A stretch of DNA of 64,000 nt from Candidatus Methanimicrococcus odontotermitis. GTDB lineage: Archaea; Halobacteriota; Methanosarcinia; Methanosarcinales; Methanosarcinaceae. Below, piece by piece: positions 18,739 to 28,706 of the stretch. The notes beneath the pieces are model-generated. The model was not told where the DNA came from, searched no databases, and was given only the letters and a program-made list of their open reading frames with translations. The translations under genes and the position numbers were made by a program. Numbering within the stretch: the stretch's first letter is position 1; the number at the start of each line of letters is the position of its first letter. The DNA lies in assembly GCA_031286065.1 (NCBI GenBank), contig JAITUZ010000040.1, positions 3,262-67,261 of the forward strand, written 5' to 3'.

Positions 18739-20373
18739 TCAGTCGGTCAATGCTTTTTCCCTCAGTCGGCGATTGAAAGTGATCGCGAATCGATGCGCTT
18801 CATCACGGATTTCCTGCAAATAAAGAGAAGCTTTTTCATTCTTTTTGATCGGCAGCGGGTCGGATAAGCCCGGAATAAAAATTTCTTCTTCACGTTCGGC
18901 CAGCGAAATCACCGGCGTTTTCACGCCGAGTTTTTTGAGAACGGTGACAGCTGACGAAAGCTGACCTTTGCCGCCGTCAATCACAATCAAGTCAGGCAGC
19001 GTTTTGTCTTCTTCCAGCAAACGCGTATAACGGCGGCTGACAACCTCAGCAATGGATGCAAAGTCGTCAATGCCTTCTACGGTTTTGATTTTAAAGCGGC
19101 GGTAATTGGATTTGTCCGCTTTGCCGTCGCGGAACTGAACCATGGACGCGACCGTATGCGTTCCCGACAAATGCGAAATATCAAAACACTCAATCACACG
19201 CGGCGGGTCGGGGAGCATCAGGCGTTTGCCGAGTTCTTCCACTTTCGACGTTGCGCTGAAGAAAGCGATTTCAATGTTCTTTTCGGCAAGCAGCAGAAGA
19301 TCTTTTTTGTCGCCGCGTTTCGGAATCGTAATTTTGACCGCTTTGCCGTGCCGCTGAGACAGGAAATCGACCAAAGACCTGCTGATGTTATCGCCTTCTC
19401 TTTTTAAGGCCGGCGTTTCAAAAACGACATCCTCAGCGGAAGTATAAGCTTCTTCCTCCTGGATCTCAGACGCGTCCGGAAGAATGATTTCCGACGGCGT
19501 TTCATGCCCCGAATAATAGCGGACCAAAAATTCTTCCAAAAAATTCTGATGGTAGCGGAATGAAAACTCCTCCTTGCCGACCAGCGACCCTTTGACCACG
19601 TTGAAAACCATAATGTAAATTTTATCATCGCGGACAATATAGTTGACAACATCTTCATCGTGGTCGATTCGGCGGGAGACATGCTGGCGGTTGTTCAAAT
19701 ATTCCAAAGAATAAATTTGATCGCGGAGGTCTTTAGCGATTTCGAATTCCTGTTTCTTTGAGTATTCTTCCATTTCCAGCCGAAGTTTTTCGGCAAGCTC
19801 TTCCGAGTTGCCGCGCAGAACAAAATCGGCTTTATCAATCGCTTTTTTATAGACTTCCGCGGAAACGGCACCCGTGCACGGCGCCATGCAGTTGCCGATG
19901 TGGAAACGCAGACAGGGACGCTTGGGCATGTTCCGGCAGGAGCGGAGTTTAAATGTCCGCTTCACGACATCCAATATTTCATCGCGGTCATGCGCGGAAA
20001 CAAACGGCCCGTAGAGTTTGCCCTGCATTGTCGCGCGCCTGAGGATGCCGATGCGCGGGAACACGTCGCCGCTGATATGGATAAACGCGTAGCTCTTGGA
20101 ATCTTTAAGATCAATATTGTATTTCGGGCTGTGCTTTTTGATCAGCGTGTTTTCCAGAATCAGCGCCTCGACTTCGTTGGCCGTGACAATAAAATCAATG
20201 GAATCAATGTGCTTAACCAAAAGACGCGTTTTCGGGTCTAAGTCCCGCTTTTGAAAATAACTGGAAACGCGTTTTTTAAGATTTTTCGCCTTACCGATGT
20301 AGATAATTTCATTTTCATTGTCGCGGTAAATGTAACAGCCGCTGGATGCCGGAATCACGGATAAATCAATCAT
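18739..20373 (-). CDS. uvrC: excinuclease ABC subunit C
   Basis: GIY-YIG N-terminus (YIGKAKNLKKRVSSYF), IECFDISH, DGGKGQ, RDEAHRFA; C-terminal HhH domain absent. Confidence 0.95.
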   Translation of the reverse strand: MIDLSVIPASSGCYIYRDNENEIIYIGKAKNLKKRVSSYFQKRDLDPKTRLLVKHIDSIDFIVTANEVEALILENTLIKKHSPKYNIDLKDSKSYAFIHISGDVFPRIGILRRATMQGKLYGPFVSAHDRDEILDVVKRTFKLRSCRNMPKRPCLRFHIGNCMAPCTGAVSAEVYKKAIDKADFVLRGNSEELAEKLRLEMEEYSKKQEFEIAKDLRDQIYSLEYLNNRQHVSRRIDHDEDVVNYIVRDDKIYIMVFNVVKGSLVGKEEFSFRYHQNFLEEFLVRYYSGHETPSEIILPDASEIQEEEAYTSAEDVVFETPALKREGDNISRSLVDFLSQRHGKAVKITIPKRGDKKDLLLLAEKNIEIAFFSATSKVEELGKRLMLPDPPRVIECFDISHLSGTHTVASMVQFRDGKADKSNYRRFKIKTVEGIDDFASIAEVVSRRYTRLLEEDKTLPDLIVIDGGKGQLSSAVTVLKKLGVKTPVISLAEREEEIFIPGLSDPLPIKKNEKASLYLQEIRDEAHRFAITFNRRLREKALTD

Positions 20374-20513
20374 TTCTGCTCAATTCGGTTAATGAATGTG
20401 TTTTATATACGTTTTTAATTTATCAGATAAGCCGTTTTTGATTTTCAGATATGTCCGCCTTTGGTTTTTAGATATTCACGCCTTTGATTTTTTACAGATA
20501 TAATTTTGAAACA

Positions 20514-20930
20514 TCAATCCATATCGGTCTCTAAATACGCGTTATCAATTTTATCGTCAAACTCATACTCGACAACATCAAGCGCCGTTAAATTGCCGTT
20601 TTTATCAAACGCTTTCCAGGAGTCGCGCGTATACGGCTCACCGACAATAATATTGACTTCATTTGATCTGAAAAAAATCAAATCCTGCTCGGACGGGCGG
20701 ACGGCGCCGCTCGGATGACTGTGAACGGATCCGGCGTGCGGCATATTGGGCATCATCCATGTTTTTAAACTGACGCTCCGGCTTGTCGAATCGGTTCCCG
20801 GCAGATAAATGACATTAATAATGGTGTCTCCGTCCGCTTCCAAAAATGCGCCGAATTCGCGCGGATGAGAAGCTTTGCATGATTCCAATATAAAATCAAG
20901 CGCATCGGATGCGATTTTTCGAACAGTCAT
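20514..20930 (-). CDS. JAB/MPN+ (Mov34) metalloprotease
   Basis: HPREF, HSHPSGAVRPSEQD JAMM motif. Confidence 0.9.
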   Translation of the reverse strand: MTVRKIASDALDFILESCKASHPREFGAFLEADGDTIINVIYLPGTDSTSRSVSLKTWMMPNMPHAGSVHSHPSGAVRPSEQDLIFFRSNEVNIIVGEPYTRDSWKAFDKNGNLTALDVVEYEFDDKIDNAYLETDMD

Positions 20931-21016
20931 ATTTTTCCCCGCTTTATGATATGAAGAAACGATGTAAACCAAAAAAAAGCGAGCAGCTTCAAACTGCCCG
21001 CCTGTATTGAAAATAC

Positions 21017-22036
21017 TTATTCTTTGTCGTTCAAATCCAATTCAATGTACTGCATGCCGGATTTCTTTTTGGAATCCGGCGTTTTGGAATCTGAAGACTC
21101 AGACACGGTTCTTTCCTGCGGCGGCTGCCATTTCGCTTCCTCCCGCGATTTCTCTCGTTCCATAACGGAATCGAAATAAGCGTATTTGGAATTGTTGACT
21201 TTTTCTTCTTTCGCAACAGGCTTCACCGATGCAGATTCCGGCTTTTCATCTTTTGTTTCGAAAACTTGAACGCCTTCGTCTTCTGACGGGTCGCGGGACG
21301 GACCTTTTCTCTCACGGAACGGATAAACGGCATTTTCGGACACTTCGGTTTGTTTTTCAGCGTTTATTTCCGGAGGTTTATCCGAAATGTATCCGGACTG
21401 CGTCTCTTCATCAAAAGAATAGGCGCGCGCTTCAAAAAGCTCCAAATCTTCATCGTTCCAGCCGCTCTCCGGCGGTTCGGACGGCGGAACGGCTGACGGA
21501 GCAGCGGCAGATGAGACAGCAACAGGCGAAGCAGCGGCAGACGGAGCGGATGCAGGCGAAGCAGTGGCAGCCGGCGGGGCGGCGTATATCATTGAATCAG
21601 GGGCGGATTGCGAGGATTCAACAACCGCTTTTTTATCTTCCGCCGGCGGCTTCCATTCGATAATTTTTTCCGGAGCGGCGTTTTTTTCGCCGACAGCCGC
21701 CGCTTGACCTGAAACTGTTTTTTGAGACGGTTTTGCCGCAGGCGATGGTTTTAAAAAGTCAGCTTCGCCGTCATCCTCTTCCTCTGAACTGAAATCGCCT
21801 GTAAAGCCGGCGGGAACAGCGTCATCGGCGTACTTGACTTTTCTGCCGGTTTTCTGTTTCAGTTTTTTCGGTTCTTTCGGCGCCCGAACTTTTTTCTCCT
21901 TAATGATGCCATGGTCTTGATTATATTTGCGTTTCCCGATTAATAAAAAGACGACAGCGACAATAATAACGAGTACAATAAATAAAATCACATAAACATA
22001 CAGCGGTAAAGTTGAGAGTGTATCTAAGAGTGCCAT
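21017..22036 (-). CDS. membrane-anchored low-complexity hypothetical protein
   Basis: N-terminal TM, Ala/Pro/Ser and acidic tail; start at MALLDTL because the longer ORF overlaps a tRNA. Confidence 0.75.
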   Translation of the reverse strand: MALLDTLSTLPLYVYVILFIVLVIIVAVVFLLIGKRKYNQDHGIIKEKKVRAPKEPKKLKQKTGRKVKYADDAVPAGFTGDFSSEEEDDGEADFLKPSPAAKPSQKTVSGQAAAVGEKNAAPEKIIEWKPPAEDKKAVVESSQSAPDSMIYAAPPAATASPASAPSAAASPVAVSSAAAPSAVPPSEPPESGWNDEDLELFEARAYSFDEETQSGYISDKPPEINAEKQTEVSENAVYPFRERKGPSRDPSEDEGVQVFETKDEKPESASVKPVAKEEKVNNSKYAYFDSVMEREKSREEAKWQPPQERTVSESSDSKTPDSKKKSGMQYIELDLNDKE

Positions 22037-22164
22037 GACAAAAAAAGAGGTTCTGATGGTATAAAAGCAATTCTGAAAAAGCAATTTTGAAAGTTTTTCG
22101 GAAGAAATAAAATAATTCCGAAAATGTTTTAAAATTCCGGAGAGGAGATTAACAAAAAGATGAA

Positions 22165-22238
22165 TGGGCCCGCTGAGATTCGAACTCAGGACCTCCGCCA
22201 TGTGAGGGCGACGTCATAACCGTCTAGACCACGAGCCC
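22165..22238 (-). tRNA. tRNA-Val(CAC)
   Basis: GGGCTCG...TCGCC-CTCACAT-GGCGG...CGGGCCCA. Confidence 0.96.
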
Positions 22239-22322
22239 AATGTAAGTATTTTTTGTATTGGTTGTTTTTACTTTTATACATTTCCGCCGAAACGAAAACT
22301 TGAAAGAGAAAGTTAAGGTACA

Positions 22323-22396
22323 TGGGCCCGCTGAGATTCGAACTCAGGGCCTCCGCCGTGTAAAGGCGGTGTCATAACCGTCTAGACCACGAGCCC
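22323..22396 (-). tRNA. tRNA-Val(TAC)
   Basis: GGGCTCG...CCGCC-TTTACAC-GGCGG...CGGGCCCA. Confidence 0.96.
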
Positions 22397-22642
22397 ACCC
22401 TCGAAAAAGGGGAAACTTCCTATAAATAGTTTCTTATAGGATCGGCTTGGCGCAAAAAACAATAACAGAAAAATTTCAGTGAAACAAATTGCAATGAAGA
22501 TAAGTTTCAATGAAGACAAATTAAAGTGAAACAAAGGACAGTGAAAACAAAGGACAGTGAAAACAAAAGAAATAAAAAAGAAAAAGCCGAAAGAATCGGC
22601 TTCATTCGAATTCGTTTAAACTTATTTGACGCGCCTTTCGGA

Positions 22643-24679
22643 TTATGCCTGCGCCGCATAAACCGGTTCGTCATGAATCGGATAAATCGTTCCGTACTCC
22701 GGATAAACGGGCTGCTCAATTGAAATCACTTGAACACGCTGCCAGTTGGCCATATCATAAACATGGATTTCCGCATCGGAGAACACGTACAGATAATTGC
22801 CGACGTAGGCGGAGCGGGTAATGTAACCGCCTTCGTGCATATCCTCTTTCATCAAAGTGATTTGATTCTCTTTGATTTCAAAGACATAAGCGGTGTTTGA
22901 GCCGGAAACGATCATGAGATTTTTGGCGGCGTTCCAGGTAAATCCGCGGTAATCATAAACGCTGACATATTCATCGTTATTGAAGTAGAAAACGTCCAGC
23001 TCAATCGGATTCTGCGGATTGGAGACATCATAGAGAGAAAGCTTGGTGCGCATGTCTCTCCAGTCACCCGTATAGCCGAAACCGACAAGCAACGTGTCGC
23101 TGATCGGGTAGATATAGTTGTAAGTGCCCTGAAGCCTCATTTCACCGAGAACGGACGGACTCTCCGGATTGCTCAAGTCAATCAGAAGGAACGGGTCGTT
23201 TTCAGCGTAGGTCATCAGATAAAGCGTATTTCCGACATAGCGGGTCGTTTGAACATATTCGCCGGCGGCGACATTATCAAGTGTTCCGACGGTTTCCATT
23301 TCAGAAGACAAAACGCTGACCATGGAACGAAGCGTGCTTTCATCGGTTCTGTAATCATCGCCGACTGAAGAAATGACGCGCAGATAGCCGTCTTTTTCGT
23401 CCATTGAGAATTTGTCATTGATTCGTCCGGGAACAACGCCGGAAACAACGTTGAATGTTTCCAAATTGATTTTTGTAATCGTCGTTTTCTCGGCTTCAAT
23501 AATTAAAGCGGAAGAGTAAGCGTTGTAGTCTTCGTAGAAAGAATCAGAAAAGGCAGTGTTCTCGTCTCCCGTCAGGCCGGAAGTATAATTGTTGATGGCT
23601 TCAGAAACCGCCATATACTTAATGTTGCTGCTTAAATCGTATCCCATCACTTTTTTGATGTACTGCATGGTCTCAGCCAGCAGATAGTCGGAGCCGTTAG
23701 ACTCGACAAAATTCAAAAACATGAGCTGGGTGTCGGGATAGTAATGGTTGGTCAGATACAAATTATCGGCGGAAACGAAAAAGATGGAACGGTAAGAGCT
23801 GATGAAAACTTTAGTGTCCTCAACGCTGCCGGTTTTAACATCCATTTTCGTGACATAATAGGTATTATCGGCAGCGGGTCTGATAATATCGGGGCCGCCC
23901 GGATAATAGAAATCGGTGTACACTAATTCTTTGCCCATATACGTTATCGGGAGAAGCCCGAAACCGTAGTCGCCGGAAATGAAATACAATTTGTCGCCGA
24001 TGAGGCGGGAATCCGTGTAATACCCTTCATAAGCCTGCTCCCACATCACTTTCGGATGGACCGGATCGGAAATGTCGTAAGCGACAATTTGATTGTCCAT
24101 ACCTGTTTTTATGACGATTAAAAGGTCATCCGCGAGATAGAGATTTCCGCCGGTTTCTTTGATTTGAGAAATAATAGAAGCGGTTGCTGCAGGCATCGCG
24201 TTGATGACAAGCGTGATTTGATAGGTGTCGTAAGTGTAGTACGGATACTTGGAATCAGTGTGCTCCGTAATATTTGTCGGATAATGCAGATTCGGCGTGT
24301 AATAAATGATTTTGCCGTCCGTTTTGATAATATCCGCTTCATCGACACCGGCAATTTGAACATTCGTTTTTGAATAATCGGGAGCTTTTGAGTTATCGGA
24401 GGCCTCCATAGTCGCCGGAGCCTCGGGTGCCGGTACCCCGGCGGGGGCGTCCACTGCCATGTCATTTGAGCCGGAACCGCCATAAGAAGAAAGGAATCTA
24501 GATCCGGAAACGCTTCTGTTTTCAAAATACTTCAGCATTTCTTTTTCGGAAGTGAACGATGACATGCCGACATCATTCAAATCAGGACTTTTCTCATCTG
24601 CCGATAAACAGCCGCCTGCAATAACTGCGCCGGCAACGGCAAGACATAAAATCATCAGGAGATAAATTTTAGATTTCAA
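22643..24679 (-). CDS. secreted/lipoprotein beta-propeller domain protein
   Basis: Signal peptide with AGGC lipobox-like motif; YSKTNVQIAGVDEADIIKTDG; FSMDEKDGYLRV. Confidence 0.85.
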   Translation of the reverse strand: MKSKIYLLMILCLAVAGAVIAGGCLSADEKSPDLNDVGMSSFTSEKEMLKYFENRSVSGSRFLSSYGGSGSNDMAVDAPAGVPAPEAPATMEASDNSKAPDYSKTNVQIAGVDEADIIKTDGKIIYYTPNLHYPTNITEHTDSKYPYYTYDTYQITLVINAMPAATASIISQIKETGGNLYLADDLLIVIKTGMDNQIVAYDISDPVHPKVMWEQAYEGYYTDSRLIGDKLYFISGDYGFGLLPITYMGKELVYTDFYYPGGPDIIRPAADNTYYVTKMDVKTGSVEDTKVFISSYRSIFFVSADNLYLTNHYYPDTQLMFLNFVESNGSDYLLAETMQYIKKVMGYDLSSNIKYMAVSEAINNYTSGLTGDENTAFSDSFYEDYNAYSSALIIEAEKTTITKINLETFNVVSGVVPGRINDKFSMDEKDGYLRVISSVGDDYRTDESTLRSMVSVLSSEMETVGTLDNVAAGEYVQTTRYVGNTLYLMTYAENDPFLLIDLSNPESPSVLGEMRLQGTYNYIYPISDTLLVGFGYTGDWRDMRTKLSLYDVSNPQNPIELDVFYFNNDEYVSVYDYRGFTWNAAKNLMIVSGSNTAYVFEIKENQITLMKEDMHEGGYITRSAYVGNYLYVFSDAEIHVYDMANWQRVQVISIEQPVYPEYGTIYPIHDEPVYAAQA

Positions 24680-25066
24680 GATAAAACCTTCATTGTGAAA
24701 TGGACAGCGGCCGTATTTACAAATGAGCCGCTTGCTTTTAATTAAATAATTGATTTTAAATCAAATTTAAATCGGATTCTCAATGCAAACCGGCTTGAAA
24801 CAAAAAATGAAGCGAAAGAGCATTGAATTGGTAATGAGAAAATGTGCCAGATTATATTTATACGTTTATTAAACTTCAAACCGAATTGAAGTTAAAGGAA
24901 AAATTTTGGATAAAACATCATGAAAATAAAAGAAAAGAGGAAAAGTGAAAAGGTAAATGAAAAAGAAAATGAAGAAAAAGAGGAATGAAAATAAGAGAAA
25001 ATGAAGAAAAGAGGATGAAAATAAGAAAAAATGAAAAGAAACGAAAAGGAAAATAAAAAAATGAAG

Positions 25067-25157
25067 CGGGCCTATTGCGACTCGAACGCAAGTCGACGGA
25101 TGTCTTCACAACGGATTGTTTCGAAGTCCGTCAGGATATCCTCTACCCTATAGGCCC
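25067..25157 (-). tRNA. tRNA-Arg(TCG) with a 19-nt intron (25102-25120) at position 37/38
   Basis: ACGGA-CTTCGA[AACAATCCGTTGTGAAGAC]A-TCCGT; canonical bulge-helix-bulge with a CUUC/GAAG helix and 3-nt bulges. Confidence 0.93.
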
Positions 25158-25265
25158 TTAATTATCAGGCTCAAAGACGGTGTCTTTGATTTTATAGTTT
25201 TTGCCGCCGCCCCTGATAAAACAGCGTTTATTGCCGGCGTTTAAATCGGCGTTTATTTGCCGGCA

Positions 25266-27158
25266 TTATGAGCCAAGGCCGAAAACCCGGAGAATAAACG
25301 GTCCGATATACGGCCAAATAAACATCAGCAAGAAAGACAGGAAAATAAAGCCGGTCAAACAGGCGCTGACTCTGAAAGACAAACGTACCGCCTTTTGGGG
25401 ATTCATTTTGAATTTTTCGGCAATCTTGACAAAGTATGTTCTGAATAAATGGCCGCCGTCTAAAGGAAGCGCCGGCAGGCAATTGAAAAGACCGACATAG
25501 AAGTTCAGCCACCCAATCCAGTAAAGCAGATTCGCGATCCAAAAAATACCGATTCCGAGCGGCTCGGCCCATCCGGCAGGCTCAAAAAACTGCATCAAAG
25601 AACCCGTAAAACCGCCGAACCCCTCACCGAGAATACTTAAAAACGGCATCATCATAATGAGAATAAAACCGGACAGAATTGTCAGAACGGATTCTTTCGG
25701 CGCGGAGAAATCCACGGTGTAAAGCATAGAAGGAAGCGTGTTTAAGAAGGACAGATACCCTTTTGCATCGAACACGCCCGCGGAAATCCCCAGCAAACCG
25801 ATATAAAGCGGACCGCCGGAATAATGGATGCCGATATAAGCTTTGGATTCATTATTGGGCGTTGACCCGAGAATAACGGAAATATCCTTGATCCCAATTT
25901 CGGCACCCGAGTCATTATATTCCTTAACCGTAAAAAGAATCGTGTCTCCCGGATTTTTTTCCGCCATCATCGTTGTGAAACTGCCGGCATCTATCACATA
26001 TTCGCCGTCTATTTTGAAAATAAGAGAATTCGGTTTCAAACCCGCGGCTTCAGCCGGCGAACCGGCGCTGACGGACGAAACGGATATGCCGGCATAATTC
26101 ATGTTTTCCGCGGATGTTTCGGTGACAACGGTATAGTTTTCAATCACGCGATCATAAGACGCTTGAACAGTAACAGAATCACCGGGCGATGTATTTGCAA
26201 GCGCCTGATTCACCGATTCGATATCCGTTACCTTTTGACCGTTGAGAGCGATCAAAACCATTTCTTTTGTCAGTCCGGACGAAACGGAAGTGTTGTCCAT
26301 GTCAGTAATTTGAAGCGTCCCAATCGGCGCCATCGCACCGATAACGGGCCCGAAAAAGAGCATTGCGGCAATTAAAGCGACGGCGAAATTGGACATAACG
26401 CCGGCGGCCAGAACGCGGGAGCGCTGGGTTTTGGTCGCCGCTTTGGGCGCCGCCTCGGATTCACGGCCGGCGGAAATGTCAGAGGCAGCGGCGAATTGAC
26501 CGGGCGTTTGGACAGCGCCTCCCGTCATGGACGCCTCATACTCCCGAATTTCTTCAATCGTTGCGGTCAGATCATTAAAACCGTCGATAGAATTTGTTTT
26601 CGGTTCATCTAAAGCATCCAGCTCTTCACCGTAAAGCTGTTTGTCATCGATTTTAGCAAATCCGCCGATTGGGAACAGCGCGACAATCAAGCCGACGGAA
26701 TGAACTTTAATCTCTTCAACGCGGGCAAGAACGGAGTGCATCATCTCATGAATGAAAACAGCGACGACAAGGGCAATCAAACCCCAAACCAGCGGAATGA
26801 ATTGGTTAACGCCCGGAATCAGGAAAATATTTTGGATCTCGGTGTATTCATTCGGCTCTGTCACGATACCGTCCTGCGCCTGCTGAAAAAGAGCGATATC
26901 GGAAAAGATGACCAAAGAAAACATAAAAATCATACCGACAAACATGAGGATGATGCCGATATTTGCGAACAGACGCCAAAACCATTTCGGAGCCGCGAGT
27001 TTATCCAACAGGTGGAGACCTTTAGTGGTTTCAATCATTAGAATCGGACCGGCGGCCGAGATGTTGTATTTCGCCAACGTGCCTTTTTTCTTCAGCCAAT
27101 AAACGGCCGCCCAATAAATGAAAAAGGCAAAAATCAATAGTTGTGTCGTTGTCTGCAA
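25266..27158 (-). CDS. site-2 protease (M50) with PDZ domains
   Basis: HEMMH, FNCLPALPLDGG, PDZ-like GSPAEAAGL. Confidence 0.92.
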   Translation of the reverse strand: MQTTTQLLIFAFFIYWAAVYWLKKKGTLAKYNISAAGPILMIETTKGLHLLDKLAAPKWFWRLFANIGIILMFVGMIFMFSLVIFSDIALFQQAQDGIVTEPNEYTEIQNIFLIPGVNQFIPLVWGLIALVVAVFIHEMMHSVLARVEEIKVHSVGLIVALFPIGGFAKIDDKQLYGEELDALDEPKTNSIDGFNDLTATIEEIREYEASMTGGAVQTPGQFAAASDISAGRESEAAPKAATKTQRSRVLAAGVMSNFAVALIAAMLFFGPVIGAMAPIGTLQITDMDNTSVSSGLTKEMVLIALNGQKVTDIESVNQALANTSPGDSVTVQASYDRVIENYTVVTETSAENMNYAGISVSSVSAGSPAEAAGLKPNSLIFKIDGEYVIDAGSFTTMMAEKNPGDTILFTVKEYNDSGAEIGIKDISVILGSTPNNESKAYIGIHYSGGPLYIGLLGISAGVFDAKGYLSFLNTLPSMLYTVDFSAPKESVLTILSGFILIMMMPFLSILGEGFGGFTGSLMQFFEPAGWAEPLGIGIFWIANLLYWIGWLNFYVGLFNCLPALPLDGGHLFRTYFVKIAEKFKMNPQKAVRLSFRVSACLTGFIFLSFLLMFIWPYIGPFILRVFGLGS

Positions 27159-27484
27159 TCAATCACCTGAACTTTCGAATCAATTTAAAATTTGAGGCTA
27201 AAACGCAGATGTCAATTAAAATTGTTTGGATTCTGAAATGCCGTTTTAATCCCGTTCAAATTTTTTTCAGTAAAATAATTTCATAAAATAAAAACATACA
27301 TCGCACATATATAAAATACTGCTTAATAAAATATGACTGAAAAAAGCGGCAAAAAATAAAAAATAAAAAATAGAAAAGTGAGATGTCAATGTTTCAGGTT
27401 TTAATAAAATTAATACCTGAAATAATGAATTAATTAATGAATTAATTAATGAATTAATTAACTGATTAATTAAGAATTAATTGA

Positions 27485-28027
27485 TTAATTATTTCCGCTT
27501 TTAATAACATCGACAACCGTGATTTTAAAAATCAGTGTTTTGCCGGCCGTTTCACCGTTGAAGTCAATAATGACTTCTGTGTCCGTAATTTCCAAAACGG
27601 TGCCGACCATGTTGCCGCCGTTTCCGTTAAGAAGCGTCAGTTTGTGACCGACTTCAGGTATTGAGCCGAGGCTTTCGACAACTTCCGTTTTATTGAAAGC
27701 GACAACACGAGATGGATCATACGGATAAGCTTCTTCGGTCGGGAGTGTCACCGTTTTTGTTTCATTCGGCTTCATGCCGATGACGGCCTTTTCAAATCCG
27801 GAAATAACCTGCTGTTTTCCGACAATGAATTGCAAAGGCTCTTTGCCGTCGTCACCCGTATTGGAATCAAAGACGGTTCCGTTTTCAAACGTTCCGACAT
27901 AGCGAACGGAAACGGTATCATTTTCAGCGACTTCGCTGCCGTTGATACAGCCGCCGGTAATTATTACTGCCAGCAGCACCGCCGCCAACAAGATCACTGT
28001 CTGTTTCTTAACCATCAAAACTGTCAC
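27485..28027 (-). CDS. FKBP-type peptidyl-prolyl isomerase (SlyD-like) with lipoprotein signal
   Basis: YVGTFENGTVFDSN, VISGFEKAVIGM, DFNGETAGKTLIF. Confidence 0.9.
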   Translation of the reverse strand: MTVLMVKKQTVILLAAVLLAVIITGGCINGSEVAENDTVSVRYVGTFENGTVFDSNTGDDGKEPLQFIVGKQQVISGFEKAVIGMKPNETKTVTLPTEEAYPYDPSRVVAFNKTEVVESLGSIPEVGHKLTLLNGNGGNMVGTVLEITDTEVIIDFNGETAGKTLIFKITVVDVIKSGNN

Positions 28028-28035
28028 CTTTTCAA

Positions 28036-28332
28036 TTACTGAGCGTCGGAAACATTACTGTCAGCAACGCGGTTGACAGAAGCGTTACTGTCATCGGAGA
28101 CATTGCTATCGGCTGCGCCGTCAACAGAAGCATTACCGTCAGCCGTGCCGGTGTCGGAAGCGCTGTCATTAGAAACGTTGCCGTCAACAGAAGCGTGGTC
28201 ATCGGAAACGTGGCTGTCGCCGGTCTCAACAGGTCCGCCCGGATATAAGACAACAGCGATAACCGCAAAAATCAAAAGAACAACAAGTAAACCGCCTACA
28301 ATTCCCAACATCGGATTTATTTTTTTTGCCAT
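28036..28332 (-). CDS. small membrane-anchored protein with an Asp/Ser/Asn-rich repeat tail
   Basis: TM followed by repeated N-x-S sequons (NVS/NAS). Confidence 0.65.
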   Translation of the reverse strand: MAKKINPMLGIVGGLLVVLLIFAVIAVVLYPGGPVETGDSHVSDDHASVDGNVSNDSASDTGTADGNASVDGAADSNVSDDSNASVNRVADSNVSDAQ

Positions 28333-28706
28333 ATATATAACCAAATAGAGTTTGTTTTATTTTAAGCTTCGTAAATTATAAATCATGAATCATCAAGAAT
28401 GATAAATCTGAAAACGCCTTATTGGCGATGATTTTGAAAAATTAAAAAACCGAAATAAGATTAACAAATTTCAGGAATGCCTGCATGTTGCGTAATTGAT
28501 ACAACGTAATGACAGACATCAATTGATTATGAAAAGAATCCTTTATTTAAAAAAGTTACCTTCGGAAAATGTTTTTCTCACAAATAACAGGATAAGAAGA
28601 ACTGAAAAACATCTCAAATATAAAAACCGGCAAAAGCCGAAACGGCTTCAAATTATTTTTGAAAGAAAAATGGCCATTGAAAAAAATGAAAAGAAAAAGG
28701 TCGGTT

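Noticed and set aside
22165-22396. tRNA-Val duplication as an att site
   Set aside because: Both are full-length tRNAs with different anticodons (CAC, TAC), 84 bp apart
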